Shown piece after piece: positions 39,937 through 50,105 of a stretch of 64,000 nt of DNA (its first letter is position 1; each line of letters opens with the position of its first letter). This DNA comes from Candidatus Bathyarchaeia archaeon (GTDB taxonomy: Archaea > Thermoproteota > Bathyarchaeia > Bathyarchaeales > Bathycorpusculaceae): contig JBEKKK010000001.1 of assembly GCA_050010755.1 (NCBI GenBank), forward strand, positions 768,001 through 832,000, given 5' to 3'. The translations under genes and the position numbers were made by a program. The notes beneath the pieces are model-generated. The model searched no databases, was not told the DNA's origin, and worked only from the letters and a program-made list of their open reading frames with translations.

Positions 39937-41469
39937 TCATTGAAGAACAGGCTTCGCGGTCTCTGTCAATCGTGATTGCACTGCAGTTATCAGCTTCCTT
40001 CGAAGTTCTTCACCCTGAGCTTTCGAGGTTCGAATGCGTTCCAGTCGTCTCGCCAATTCCTCGTCACGCAACGAAAGGGTTGCCCACTTTTCAATGTCTC
40101 CTTTCTTGTTGTGGAATTCGATGAGCGTTGTGTCGATTGTTTGGATTGCATTCAGAAAGCCGACCAGGCTCCAAGCCTTGATGCCCGTGAAATTCTCTTC
40201 TCCCGGACCCTTGTAGAACAGGAATGGTTCGTTCGCGGCGTGTACAAAGTTCCGCAGTTTTGATTCGAAGTCGAGCAGGACTCCTTGCGCGTTCACGAAG
40301 GCGTCTGTCGCCGATTTGTAGGGACTGAAGTACGTGTGCACTTCGCCTGGCGCTCCTCCGGCAGAGAACATGTAATACAGGTGGTCGCTCGTCAGAAGAT
40401 ACCGCCATAACCTGAGAAACTCCGTGTCTTCTGACTCTTTCGCAAGCGGTTCCAACTCCTTGCTTGTCGTGTAGTATGCCCATTGCATCGTGTTTCCGAG
40501 CCAGCCGCTCGTGTCCCTGTTGATGTCTGCCCACGATATGGTGCCGCCTAGTTCTCCGACGTCGATTTCTCCCTCGCCCCCGTGTTTGCTCAGCACTTCG
40601 GAGGGAGTTGACATGGAGAGGTTGTCATGCTTGAAGATTTCCAGGGGTAGATTCTTGAGAAACTCGTGTATGCCTGTCTCGGGCCAGTGGTGTTCTCCGA
40701 AAGTTTCATAATCTGGAAAAATCGTCACGCACTGTCCTTGAGCCGCTGCCAACCATGATGCGTATTTGTCAGCCGTTAGCGGCCAGTCACTCCACGATCT
40801 TACGGAAAACCGGAACGCAACGTCATCGGTCAACTTGAAGTTTCTGAGAAGAACCTTGAGTCTCTCGCAGCCCTTAGCCCTGTAAACATAATTCGGGGAC
40901 CTCCCCTTCAAGATCCTGTCGACTCCCTCAGTGAACATGGCGCCAAACCCCATTTTATCCACGACCTTTGCGATGGCGTTGTTGTACATCAACTCCGTGT
41001 TCTCAAAGGCGACAGGTTCAGAATGAAACAAGTCTTTCATCAACTGGTGGTGCATCTGGACTTCTTCCATGAACTCGTCCCTCACAGGATACAATGCCGC
41101 CAAGGAATGATAGTAGGGCATGTCTAGAAACTCGACGCAGCCCGTGTCGCTTAACTGCTTGAACGATTCGATGAGGTCAGGGTTGAAACTTTCGCATTGC
41201 TCAAGGAAAACGCCTGAAATGCTGAATGAAACCTTGACTCTCTTTCTCTCCCTCTTGAACTTGTCGATCAGGTCGAACAGAATGCTGTTTGCGGGAAAAT
41301 AGCATTTTTTGGCCGCGCGGTCGAAAATCTCCTTGTTCTTCGAGTTGTCAAAATAGAAATCAAACAGTTCCTCCTTGGTTTTCCTTCGAAACATGCTTCT
41401 TTCCCAGAAAAAATTCTCCCTAAGCCGGTAGGGCTGATGGACTTTGAAAATGAAAAGCAGGTCAACCAA
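39937..41469 (-). CDS. GH57 alpha-amylase/amylopullulanase with C-terminal DUF5752-like domain (intact)
   Basis: 'VHQP', 'NTEL', 'DYETFGEHHW', 'SWAD', 'TSDHLYYM'. Confidence 0.9.
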   Translation of the reverse strand: MVDLLFIFKVHQPYRLRENFFWERSMFRRKTKEELFDFYFDNSKNKEIFDRAAKKCYFPANSILFDLIDKFKRERKRVKVSFSISGVFLEQCESFNPDLIESFKQLSDTGCVEFLDMPYYHSLAALYPVRDEFMEEVQMHHQLMKDLFHSEPVAFENTELMYNNAIAKVVDKMGFGAMFTEGVDRILKGRSPNYVYRAKGCERLKVLLRNFKLTDDVAFRFSVRSWSDWPLTADKYASWLAAAQGQCVTIFPDYETFGEHHWPETGIHEFLKNLPLEIFKHDNLSMSTPSEVLSKHGGEGEIDVGELGGTISWADINRDTSGWLGNTMQWAYYTTSKELEPLAKESEDTEFLRLWRYLLTSDHLYYMFSAGGAPGEVHTYFSPYKSATDAFVNAQGVLLDFESKLRNFVHAANEPFLFYKGPGEENFTGIKAWSLVGFLNAIQTIDTTLIEFHNKKGDIEKWATLSLRDEELARRLERIRTSKAQGEELRRKLITAVQSRLTETAKPVLQ

Positions 41470-41565
41470 TCTTCATCACCGAGTCGAAATCGACAGAACG
41501 TGCAGAATTCGCTTAAACTTTGCGGTTTCTATTGTTTGATCCTCCTTCAATCTTGAACGAAGCCG

Positions 41566-42639
41566 TTATATTAAACCGAGTTCCTTCGAGGCGATGATGT
41601 GCATCGCATGGCTCCAGCAGAGCGGTGCTACCGAGACCTGAAGATTATTCTCGAATAGTTGTTCGGGCAGGAACTCTTGAACTCTTCCCAGCGGCCAGCT
41701 GTAATATTGAAGAGCCTTTTCCCTGTCGCCCAGTTTCGCGTAGTAGATGCTCATCCAAAAGTTAAGTATCGGCCAGGCACCTGCGCCCTTCTTTCTATGC
41801 AAGCCTCCGTACATCCACCCGTCATATTCGTCACTCTCGTACCTGTGCACTCCACCGTGGACAACCAGCTTCTTTTCTATTTGCTCCACCGTGGCCGATA
41901 TCCGCGGATCATCCACTCGAAAAAGGTCAAACGGATATACAAGCCCAAGCGCCGAAGCGTCGATTCTCTCATCACTCAGCTTTCCATGGCTTCTGACAAA
42001 GAAGCCTACGCAGTGTTCTTCCAGCCTTCGAAACATCTTCTCCGCCACGTCCATCCATTTCTTGTTGGGAACGATTTCATTTGCACACCTCAGACCTTTG
42101 ACGCAGGCTGCAAGGGAATAGGTAAAATTGTCCTCCAAATCGGGAAAAGTAAACCTCTCCTCCCACAAATCATTCGCGACATCATCGAAGTGGTTCTCCT
42201 TCCATTTGCCACACAGGCCATCAGCCGCCTGCCTGACAAGCCTCTCATACTTCAACGCTCTTCTCGGTTTCTCTCTAAAATGGTGCCAGATCGCCCACAA
42301 GAGAGAACCAGTCTGATCTGGCTGAAAATTCGCCGAGGCTTTAGGACCATTAACAGAATAGTTCTGCAAAAGGCACTCCCCCTCCCTGAAACCTTCTGCT
42401 CGGTTAACGCACCAATCAAAAAAACGTTCCTGAATATTCTCAATTCGAAGAATATCGGCGGCAACGCACGTGAAGGAAGCATCTCTGGGCCACACGTACA
42501 TGTAATCCTTAGCTTCTTTCGGATAGTATTCCTTAAAGCAATTCGCCGCAACGATAGCCCCATTCTCCAACGCACAATCCAGGACTACCTGCCTACTAAC
42601 CTCAACGAAGTGCTGAACTCTCGAATCCAAACAAAACAC
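41566..42639 (-). CDS. GH15 glucoamylase-like glycoside hydrolase
   Basis: 'YVWPRD', 'QPDQ', 'DLWEE', 'DAS', 'RYESDEY', 'LPEQ', 'PLCWSHA'. Confidence 0.9.
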   Translation of the reverse strand: MFCLDSRVQHFVEVSRQVVLDCALENGAIVAANCFKEYYPKEAKDYMYVWPRDASFTCVAADILRIENIQERFFDWCVNRAEGFREGECLLQNYSVNGPKASANFQPDQTGSLLWAIWHHFREKPRRALKYERLVRQAADGLCGKWKENHFDDVANDLWEERFTFPDLEDNFTYSLAACVKGLRCANEIVPNKKWMDVAEKMFRRLEEHCVGFFVRSHGKLSDERIDASALGLVYPFDLFRVDDPRISATVEQIEKKLVVHGGVHRYESDEYDGWMYGGLHRKKGAGAWPILNFWMSIYYAKLGDREKALQYYSWPLGRVQEFLPEQLFENNLQVSVAPLCWSHAMHIIASKELGLI

Positions 42640-42747
42640 CGAAAACTAAAACACTCCAGAACTATTTAATCTATAAGCTCCTCAGAAAAAAGCTGCTGCA
42701 ACAATGCTTAAATTGTTCTTTCCAAATGTCTGGAACAGGCGACTTCC

Positions 42748-43068
42748 ATGGTTTTCTGTTCCCATTGCGGTGAAAAACTCCCTGATGATGCGAATTTCTG
42801 CACGAAATGCGGCTTCAGAACGAAACATGGTATTGAAGCCGGCGTTTTCGTTCCAACCGAGGATTTGAGAGAGGCGTTTTCAAAAATGGGAGTGGAATTG
42901 CAAAAGGCTTTCCAAACAGCAGCCATAGAGATACAGAAAGCCGTCAAAAACGTGAGAGAAGACGTTACGGATTCCAAAAAAGGACAATCAGTCGCTTGCA
43001 AGAGCTGCGGAGAAAAAAGTCCAGCGGGTGCTGTTTACTGCACTAAGTGCGGACAGAAACTCGACTAG
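42748..43068 (+). CDS. Double zinc-ribbon protein
   Basis: CxxC pairs at both termini (CSHC/CTKC; CKSC/CTKC). Confidence 0.8.
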   Translation: MVFCSHCGEKLPDDANFCTKCGFRTKHGIEAGVFVPTEDLREAFSKMGVELQKAFQTAAIEIQKAVKNVREDVTDSKKGQSVACKSCGEKSPAGAVYCTKCGQKLD

Positions 43069-43101
43069 GACAAGTCCGGCTCATCGCTTTGGAGTCAAAA
43101 C

Positions 43102-43482
43102 ATGAACCCAAATGAACTAACACCGGAAGAAGAAAGAATCATCGTCCACAAAGGAACTGAGAGACCCTTCAGCGGAAAGTATGATAACTTTTTCATCCCA
43201 GGAACTTACGTGTGCAGAAGATGCGGCACACCGCTCTACCAATCAAAAAACAAGTTCGACGCAGGATGCGGATGGCCAAGCTTTGACGAGGAAATAGAAG
43301 GAGCAGTCAAGAGAATACCCGACCCTGACGGCGCCAGAACGGAGATTCAATGCGCAAAGTGCGGGGCACATCTTGGCCATGTCTTTGTAGGCGAAGGACT
43401 CACCCCCAAAAACACCCGGCACTGTGTAAATTCGATTTCAATGGAGTTCATACCAGAAAAGACCAACAAAACCGAAAAATAA
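43102..43482 (+). CDS. msrB: Peptide methionine-R-sulfoxide reductase
   Basis: 'GTERPFSG', 'GCGWPSF', 'HLGHVF', 'RHCVNS'. Confidence 0.95.
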   Translation: MNPNELTPEEERIIVHKGTERPFSGKYDNFFIPGTYVCRRCGTPLYQSKNKFDAGCGWPSFDEEIEGAVKRIPDPDGARTEIQCAKCGAHLGHVFVGEGLTPKNTRHCVNSISMEFIPEKTNKTEK

Positions 43483-43723
43483 CACTCTCACCGTGTTTTG
43501 CACAATCACATAACATTTTGCACTAGTTCCGAAGGGTTAAAGAAAAGCGCACGGCTACTGATCCAATATTGGGTGGTCGCTCGCGGCAAAATCCCGAAGA
43601 AAAAGAGCGTCAAAAGCAGTTCGCAATGCTCTGAAGGGTTTACACGACGCTCTTTACGGTTTTGTCCTATTCTCCTTCAAGAACATAAACCGACGAGTCA
43701 AATCCAGATTCCCAGTGTGGCGC

Positions 43724-44215
43724 ATGAGAGAAGAGACGACGGAACATGTCGGCCAATCAGTCAAAGTGTTCCTATGGCTCATTCTTCCCTTGAGCCTCGC
43801 CTACGTTTTCGGGCAACTGTTTTTCTTCAAAGAAAACGCGCTCGGCCCCATGTTGTGGAGCATCCTCGTCTACTTCTACAGCAACTTTCTCCCTGATCTG
43901 CCTTCCATCCATAGGAAGAAAGAATCTGAAATGGGCACGTCGGATCTGTCTTGGTACAAGAAATACGCTCTCCTGCTGTTCGCTCCTCTTCTTGTCTGGC
44001 TCCTTTTTTCGGGAATAAGACTGAATTGGAAGACAGAAGAAACGTACCACAACTTCGCCTCTGCAGCCGTTTACGGGGTATTCCTTCTCGCGGTTGGTTT
44101 TCTGGCATTTGCGGGCTATCCAACGCGCGTTGAAGACTTGACTAAGGTGTTTTTCTTCACGTTCTGTGGCACAGCAGGCTTTCTGGCCCACCTGAAAGTT
44201 GACAAGATCTGGTGA
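43724..44215 (+). CDS. Membrane protein (possibly metal-dependent hydrolase-like)
   Basis: About 4-5 TM segments; 'LPD', 'YHN', 'AHL..D' motifs. Confidence 0.6.
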   Translation: MREETTEHVGQSVKVFLWLILPLSLAYVFGQLFFFKENALGPMLWSILVYFYSNFLPDLPSIHRKKESEMGTSDLSWYKKYALLLFAPLLVWLLFSGIRLNWKTEETYHNFASAAVYGVFLLAVGFLAFAGYPTRVEDLTKVFFFTFCGTAGFLAHLKVDKIW

Positions 44216-44316
44216 AATTGAGAACGCTTAGTGAGAACAAGCTTGCCAAAAGGTCAAATGTAATTCTCAAAAACTCTTAAATTGGCTCTGCATCCCACTA
44301 GCAACCGTGTTCCAGC

Positions 44317-45585
44317 TTGTACGATGTCGTATCTTTTGCCCTCATCCTCGCGGGCGGAATAATCGTCATAGGCTTTCTGGGCAACTACCTGTTCAAACGA
44401 ACAGGCGTCCCCGACATGCTCTTCCTCATTGTCCTAGGCCTGCTCATCGGACCCGTCACAGGGCTCATTGACGGAACGTCCCTGACCAGTTTCGCCCCCT
44501 ATCTCGCCGTCCTCGCGTTGGTTTTCATACTCTTCGACGGCGGAATGACCCTGAACATCTACCACGTCTTCTCAGAAAGCCCAAGAGCCATCGTCCTAGC
44601 AGTCACAGGGTTCGTAGTAAGCGTCACTGCGACCACTTTGATGATGGCTTTCGTAGCCATGCCGAAGATCATCGCCCTCCCCAACATTTCACCGCTCTAC
44701 TACGTCCTCTTTGGCACAATTCTCGGAGGCAGCAGCAGCACCATCGTCCTTTCCTTGGTCTCCAAGGCCCGCATGAACGGAAGAGGCTCATCCATCCTAG
44801 GCATAGAATCAGTCATGACCGACATTCTATGCATAGTCGTCACCCTCGTTCTGATAGAGACCATAGTCCTGAAAACAAACGTGGACCTTCCAACCCTAGC
44901 AAAGTCAATCGCCAGCAGACTATCAATAGGCGCCGTGCTCGGAGCAATAATCGGCATAGGATGGCTGAGCGTGCTAAAACGAATCGCAAAGGAAGGCTAC
45001 TCGTACATACTAACCCTAGGAGTCGTACTCCTTGCATACGCTCTCTCCGAATACTTGGGAGGAAGCGGCGCACTGTCTGCTCTCCTTTTCGGAATAATTC
45101 TAGGCAACGAAAAAGAAATCTACGGAATACTAAAGACCAAAAAACCCGCAACCCAAGCAGTCGACACAGGATTGAAAAGATTCGAGTCCGAAATGGCTTT
45201 TCTTCTCAGAACATTTTTCTTCGTCTACCTCGGCGTGATAGCAACAACGTCCACCACTACGATTGTGATCACTGGCGTTTACCTCTCTTTCATCATGCTC
45301 CTCATAAGATTCGGAGCCGTCAGACTCGCCACCGTACGCAGCGATCTGACTCAAGAACGAACAGCGATGAGCGTGCTGCTCACAAGAGGCTTAGCAGCAG
45401 CTGTCCTAGCAACTCTTCCGCTACAGTATGTCGATGCAACAAAGTACCCCGGCGTTGGAAACATCTTCCACCAACTGTCACCATATTACATCAGCATCTC
45501 CATAGTCGTCATCCTCACAACCTCGATAATCGCCGCTTCAAGCATCTTGCTTCTCAAACGAAGAAACAACGAAATGCCCACCTGA
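44317..45585 (+). CDS. Cation:proton antiporter (CPA1/NhaP type)
   Basis: About 12 TM segments; 'ILFDGG', 'IESVMTD', 'FFFVYLG', 'RGLAAAVLA'. Confidence 0.9.
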   Translation: MYDVVSFALILAGGIIVIGFLGNYLFKRTGVPDMLFLIVLGLLIGPVTGLIDGTSLTSFAPYLAVLALVFILFDGGMTLNIYHVFSESPRAIVLAVTGFVVSVTATTLMMAFVAMPKIIALPNISPLYYVLFGTILGGSSSTIVLSLVSKARMNGRGSSILGIESVMTDILCIVVTLVLIETIVLKTNVDLPTLAKSIASRLSIGAVLGAIIGIGWLSVLKRIAKEGYSYILTLGVVLLAYALSEYLGGSGALSALLFGIILGNEKEIYGILKTKKPATQAVDTGLKRFESEMAFLLRTFFFVYLGVIATTSTTTIVITGVYLSFIMLLIRFGAVRLATVRSDLTQERTAMSVLLTRGLAAAVLATLPLQYVDATKYPGVGNIFHQLSPYYISISIVVILTTSIIAASSILLLKRRNNEMPT

Positions 45586-45614
45586 TCGAATTGCAGGAAA
45601 GCAGCAGGAAGCCG

Positions 45615-46694
45615 TTATCGTTTTCTTTTTCCTTGTATGTACTCTTCCACGGACTGTTTCGCCATCGAGTCTGGCACTTGGATCGGCGGATGCTTAAACG
45701 CGTAGGAGGATATGCTGAGCAATTGTCCGGATATTTTGCGGTCTAGCGCTATCTTGACTGCTCGTATGATGTCTATGACGACGCCCGCGCTGTTGGGCGA
45801 GTCTTCAACCTCAAGCTTCACCATCACTGTCAGCGGCCTGTCCCCAAACTTTCTTCCTTTCAACCACAGATAACAGATTTTCTTGTTCCCCAAGAAAGGC
45901 ACATAATCCGAAGGGCCTATCCGCGTCGGCAAATCGTAGGGCACGAGGCTCGTCACCGCTTCCGTCTTGCTTATACGCTTAGTCTTCAACCGCTCCTCAA
46001 CAGTCATGTTCAAAAAGTCCGTGTCCCCGCCGAGGTTCAGCTGATAGGTCTCATCGATAATCACGCCCCTGTCCACGCAGAGCCTCGCCAAGGCCCGGTG
46101 CAAAATGGTGGCCCCCAACTGGCTCTTGATGTCGTCGCCAGCTACCGGAAGCCCCTTCTCCTCAAACTTCTTGCCCCATCTCGCGTCGGAGCCGATGAAC
46201 TCGGGCATACAGTTGATGAACCCGCAGCCAGCGTCCAAAGCTGCCTGAGCATAGAACCGCGCAGCCTCATGACTGCCAACTGGCAGATAATTGACAAGAA
46301 TCTCAGCCCCCGACTTCTTCAGCACCTCGACAACGTCCACGGGCTTAACTTCACCCTCCTTATAGACGCTGAAAACCTCTTTCATATGCTCAGCCACACC
46401 GTCAAGAGCGGGGGCAGCTGAAACCTTCACACCCAGTTTCGGCACGTCCGCAAACTTGGCGCAACAGTTCGGCGCTGTAAATATGGCCTCGGACAAGTCT
46501 TTTCCAATCTTGTTCTTGTTCACTTCAAAAGCAGCAACAAACTTCACGTCCCTGACGTGGTAGCCGCCAAAATTAACGTGCATCAAACCCGGCACCGTCA
46601 CGTTCTCCCCAGCGTCCTTGTAATACTGTACTCCTTGAACCAGCGCTGACGCCGAGTTTCCAACGCCCACGAGCGCCACTCGAATTTCTGGCAA
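45615..46694 (-). CDS. ino1: myo-inositol-1-phosphate synthase
   Basis: 'GVGNSASALVQG', 'NYLPVGS', 'GDDIKSQ', 'DSPNSAG'. Confidence 0.95.
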   Translation of the reverse strand: MPEIRVALVGVGNSASALVQGVQYYKDAGENVTVPGLMHVNFGGYHVRDVKFVAAFEVNKNKIGKDLSEAIFTAPNCCAKFADVPKLGVKVSAAPALDGVAEHMKEVFSVYKEGEVKPVDVVEVLKKSGAEILVNYLPVGSHEAARFYAQAALDAGCGFINCMPEFIGSDARWGKKFEEKGLPVAGDDIKSQLGATILHRALARLCVDRGVIIDETYQLNLGGDTDFLNMTVEERLKTKRISKTEAVTSLVPYDLPTRIGPSDYVPFLGNKKICYLWLKGRKFGDRPLTVMVKLEVEDSPNSAGVVIDIIRAVKIALDRKISGQLLSISSYAFKHPPIQVPDSMAKQSVEEYIQGKRKR

Positions 46695-46900
46695 AACAAA
46701 CAGCTCCCTGAGGCATATCAGACTAAGCGTTTAACAATCGTCTGCTCTATAACTTTTTCTAAGGAACATAATCAGTTTGAAGAAAGTTGGTAACGCGCGC
46801 TACATTCATCAGAGCGCTGCTGGTTTTCTCCTTTGCGAGAGCACGACAAGATTAAAAGGGAACCTGAACCAGATAGTCAGCGAACAGAAGGGTATGCTTT

Positions 46901-47269
46901 ATGGATGAAGGAGATGCAGTCGTCAAGTATGAACCTTTCAAAGAAGTCGTAATAATGGAGAAGGATGTCTTCCCAACTCCTGATGACATAGCAAGGTTTG
47001 CCTCCATAATCGCGGGCGGCAGGGCCCCAGGCCTGTACTGGGCTGAAGGCGTCATTTTCCTGTACTTTCCCCTTCCAGCTTCGACAGAAATCACCGCAAG
47101 AATGCTCGTTGAACACGGACGGGTCTACTGGTCCTTTCTCGGGTATTCTCTCATGCCCAAGTACCAGCCAATAATCGAAACTCGAGAAAAAATGATTGTG
47201 CCAGTGGTCGACATGTCCACTAACAAGCTCATGAAGAAAGTTGCAACTTGGCTGAAAGAACAAAAATAG
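46901..47269 (+). CDS. Conserved archaeal hypothetical protein
   Basis: 122-aa ORF with normal codon usage, co-oriented with ribK. Confidence 0.65.
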   Translation: MDEGDAVVKYEPFKEVVIMEKDVFPTPDDIARFASIIAGGRAPGLYWAEGVIFLYFPLPASTEITARMLVEHGRVYWSFLGYSLMPKYQPIIETREKMIVPVVDMSTNKLMKKVATWLKEQK

Positions 47270-47332
47270 GCCCATTATCCTCAGTTTTCGGCATGCTTTT
47301 TTTCATCGGTTTTCATATGGCAGGAGACGCTC

Positions 47333-47722
47333 TTGAAGACTCTTTGTTTGAGGGGGACGATTTTCTCGGGCAAGGGTGAAGGAGCCAAATACATGAAACT
47401 TCCATGGGTGAAGAAACAAATAAGGGAAAAACTCGGTTTTGTCCCGTATCTCGGAACGCTGGACGTGAGGATCACCGAAGAAAGCGTCGCACTCAGGAAA
47501 ATGCTGGCAGAGAAAAAGGCAATGGACATTTTGCCTGCTGCGGGTTTCCAACGGGGAAAGTGTTACAGGGCCTCTCTCAAGACAGAGCTGAAGTGTGCTC
47601 TTATCTTTCCCGAAGTCGCCAGTTACCCGGAGAACGTGATAGAGATCATAGGGGCTGAGAACCTGAGGGAAAAGTTTCATCTCTCAGACGGCGAAACCGT
47701 CGAAGTCAGGGTGACGCCTTGA
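47333..47722 (+). CDS. ribK: CTP-dependent riboflavin kinase (archaeal)
   Basis: 'SGKGEG', 'LGFVPYLGTLD', 'IEII...LRE.F.L.DG'. Confidence 0.85.
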   Translation: MKTLCLRGTIFSGKGEGAKYMKLPWVKKQIREKLGFVPYLGTLDVRITEESVALRKMLAEKKAMDILPAAGFQRGKCYRASLKTELKCALIFPEVASYPENVIEIIGAENLREKFHLSDGETVEVRVTP

Positions 47723-49223
47723 CGCCCATCTTTTTCCGTTTGCTCTGCAAAAAGTTCTGCTTGTACTCTTCGAAGCAACCTTTTTTCTGCAGGTAACGCC
47801 CGTACCTGACAAGACCGCTCATTGCTCTCGCAGCGTCCTCCGGTGACGAGTAAGCCGGGATGCCCTGCTTGTCAAACCTGGTGCGCGTGTGCATTGCCAT
47901 TTCTGTCTCTCCGATGTCGCAGGCGACTATGGGCTTGTCGAACAAAAACGTCATCTTTGCCACCGCGTCTATGTAATCTTCCTGCACCGCCGGCGTCTGA
48001 TGGAGGCCGAGCAGTATTATGCCGCAGATCTCCGGGTCCTGGAACAGAATCTTGGTGGCCAGTTCAAACATTGCGTCTGTTCCCGAACCGGTTATGTCCA
48101 CCGGATTGAGGTCTGACGCAAACTTCGGAATCTTTCCCTCCACCTTCAGCTTCTCAAACTTCGCCACTGTTTTGTCAGAGAGACGAAGAATGTTCAACCC
48201 TTTCAGCTCAGCTTCATCAGCGGCCATTATTCCCGGGCCTCCAGCGTCGGTGACTATTCCTACGTTTTTTCCAGCCGCAGGCGGCTGCATGGCCAAGGAT
48301 TTTCCCATGTGGAAAAACTCGTCCATGTCCTCCGCCCTCAGGATTCCTGTCTGTTCGAAAACTGCGCTGTAGATCCTGTCTGAACCGGCAAGTGCCCCGG
48401 TGTGTGACGATGCAGCCCTCGCTCCCGCATCAGTTCTCCCGGCCTTGATGGCCACGATGGGCTTTTTCAACGTAACTTTCTCGGCTATCTTTATGAATTC
48501 GCGGCCGGACTTTATGTCTTCAACGTACAAAAGTATGACTTTTGTCTCGTCGTCGTGCAACAGAAAATCAAGCATTTCACCCTCGTTCACGTCGGCCTTG
48601 TTGCCGAAACTCACAAACTTGCTAACCCCCACCTCTCGCCCAGACAGGTAATCCAAGGCCGCGACGCCGAAGGCCCCACTCTGAGTGACTATGGCGATGT
48701 TTCCGGGAATCGGCCGCGGCGTGGCAATGACCTCGTCTCCGGATGCCAACACTTTTGTCTCGGGCAGGAAAAGCATGTCGACACCGGTTCTGGAATCGTA
48801 GACTCCGAGGCAGTTTGGTCCCAGAACGCGCATTCCCGCCTTTTTCGCTATGTCGGTTATCTGCTGTTCGAGTTCGTGATTTCCAACCTCTCCGAAGCCT
48901 GAAGTGATTATAACGGCGTCCTTAACTTTCTTGGCTGCTGCATCGTTCATTATGGTTGACACGACTGCGGCCGGAACAACAATGACGATTAGCTCAAGCT
49001 CACCAGGAATTCTGGTCACCGAAGGATAGCACTTATACCCCATGATAGAGTCTTCAGTCGGGTTCACGGCGTAGAGTTCGCCCTTGAATATGCCTCTCAT
49101 CTTGTTTTCAACGAAGTTCTTAAAAATTACGTGGCCCGCCTTGTTTATCTTCTTCGTCGCCCCGACAATCGCGACCGAATGAGGCTTGAAAAATGCGCCC
49201 AGCTTCTTCGTTTCCTCTTCCAT
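47706..49223 (-). CDS. acdA: ADP-forming acyl-CoA synthetase alpha subunit
   Basis: CoA-binding 'VAIVGA', 'LGPNCLG', 'QSGA', phospho-His in 'SHTGALAG', 'NPVD'. Confidence 0.9.
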   Translation of the reverse strand: MEEETKKLGAFFKPHSVAIVGATKKINKAGHVIFKNFVENKMRGIFKGELYAVNPTEDSIMGYKCYPSVTRIPGELELIVIVVPAAVVSTIMNDAAAKKVKDAVIITSGFGEVGNHELEQQITDIAKKAGMRVLGPNCLGVYDSRTGVDMLFLPETKVLASGDEVIATPRPIPGNIAIVTQSGAFGVAALDYLSGREVGVSKFVSFGNKADVNEGEMLDFLLHDDETKVILLYVEDIKSGREFIKIAEKVTLKKPIVAIKAGRTDAGARAASSHTGALAGSDRIYSAVFEQTGILRAEDMDEFFHMGKSLAMQPPAAGKNVGIVTDAGGPGIMAADEAELKGLNILRLSDKTVAKFEKLKVEGKIPKFASDLNPVDITGSGTDAMFELATKILFQDPEICGIILLGLHQTPAVQEDYIDAVAKMTFLFDKPIVACDIGETEMAMHTRTRFDKQGIPAYSSPEDAARAMSGLVRYGRYLQKKGCFEEYKQNFLQSKRKKMGVKASP

Positions 49224-49230
49224 CCGATTC

Positions 49231-50073
49231 TCACCGCTTTTTCCTAACAATGACTATGGGTTTATGTCTTACTGTCTCGAGCATCTCCCAACTCACGTCG
49301 GACAACTTCACCTTAAACGTTTCAGCCATGTCCCACACGGTTCCACCCGCCCCGAAGCCTCTAGCGCGATTCGCAACCTCAGCCACCCTCAAAGCCGCGT
49401 CCGCCGACACGAAACATCCAGCAACAGCCAAAGGAGTAGCCCTCCTCTCAAGCCCCAGCATCCGCCCGACAACGTACGCTAGAAAACCGCCGAAAGAATA
49501 AATGCCACTGAACGGGTTTGGCCTCGGCGTAAAATGAAAATTCCTGAACGAGTACGTTTTGTCAGTGTCCGCCACCATCACCACAACCCTCTTCCTGGAA
49601 GACACCCAAATCTGCCGACGAATTTTCTCGGCCACTGTCTCAGCCCCTTTCAGAGGAAGGCTCACGTAAGAGTACGGCAGGTTGCTTCCATCGATGCCTC
49701 CCTCTGAACCGAACATCAGAGCCTGCAACAAACCCGCACGTTGCAATGCAAGCTGCTTGTGCCTACTTCCAGCATCCAATGGGTAACCCCGAAGCTGCAG
49801 CAGCAACCTCTGTCGAAGACGCGACAACGGCCCGAGGAAGTAGCCCCAACCTATTCTCATCCAAAAACCTGCAATCCACCTCGCGCCTAAGCCGGGCTTG
49901 ACTTTGCTCTCGTCCACGATGTTGTTTAACGCGGTTGATATTGCCTTCTCGGAGACCACGACAAAATCGTCATCAGCGATTTTGCCCCTGACGGCCTCAA
50001 CTATTTCTTTCACGTAGTCTTGTCCGGGTCTCCAGTATCTCGTCGTCAAGGCGAGAACCTTTAACCCTGTCAT
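49231..50073 (-). CDS. CofE-like gamma-glutamyl ligase
   Basis: 'VVVSEKA', 'GGIDGSN', 'VADTDKT', 'TP.AV'. Confidence 0.75.
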   Translation of the reverse strand: MTGLKVLALTTRYWRPGQDYVKEIVEAVRGKIADDDFVVVSEKAISTALNNIVDESKVKPGLGARWIAGFWMRIGWGYFLGPLSRLRQRLLLQLRGYPLDAGSRHKQLALQRAGLLQALMFGSEGGIDGSNLPYSYVSLPLKGAETVAEKIRRQIWVSSRKRVVVMVADTDKTYSFRNFHFTPRPNPFSGIYSFGGFLAYVVGRMLGLERRATPLAVAGCFVSADAALRVAEVANRARGFGAGGTVWDMAETFKVKLSDVSWEMLETVRHKPIVIVRKKR

Positions 50074-50105
50074 CTGTATCGCGCCGACTGCTAAAGCAAC
50101 GGTTT

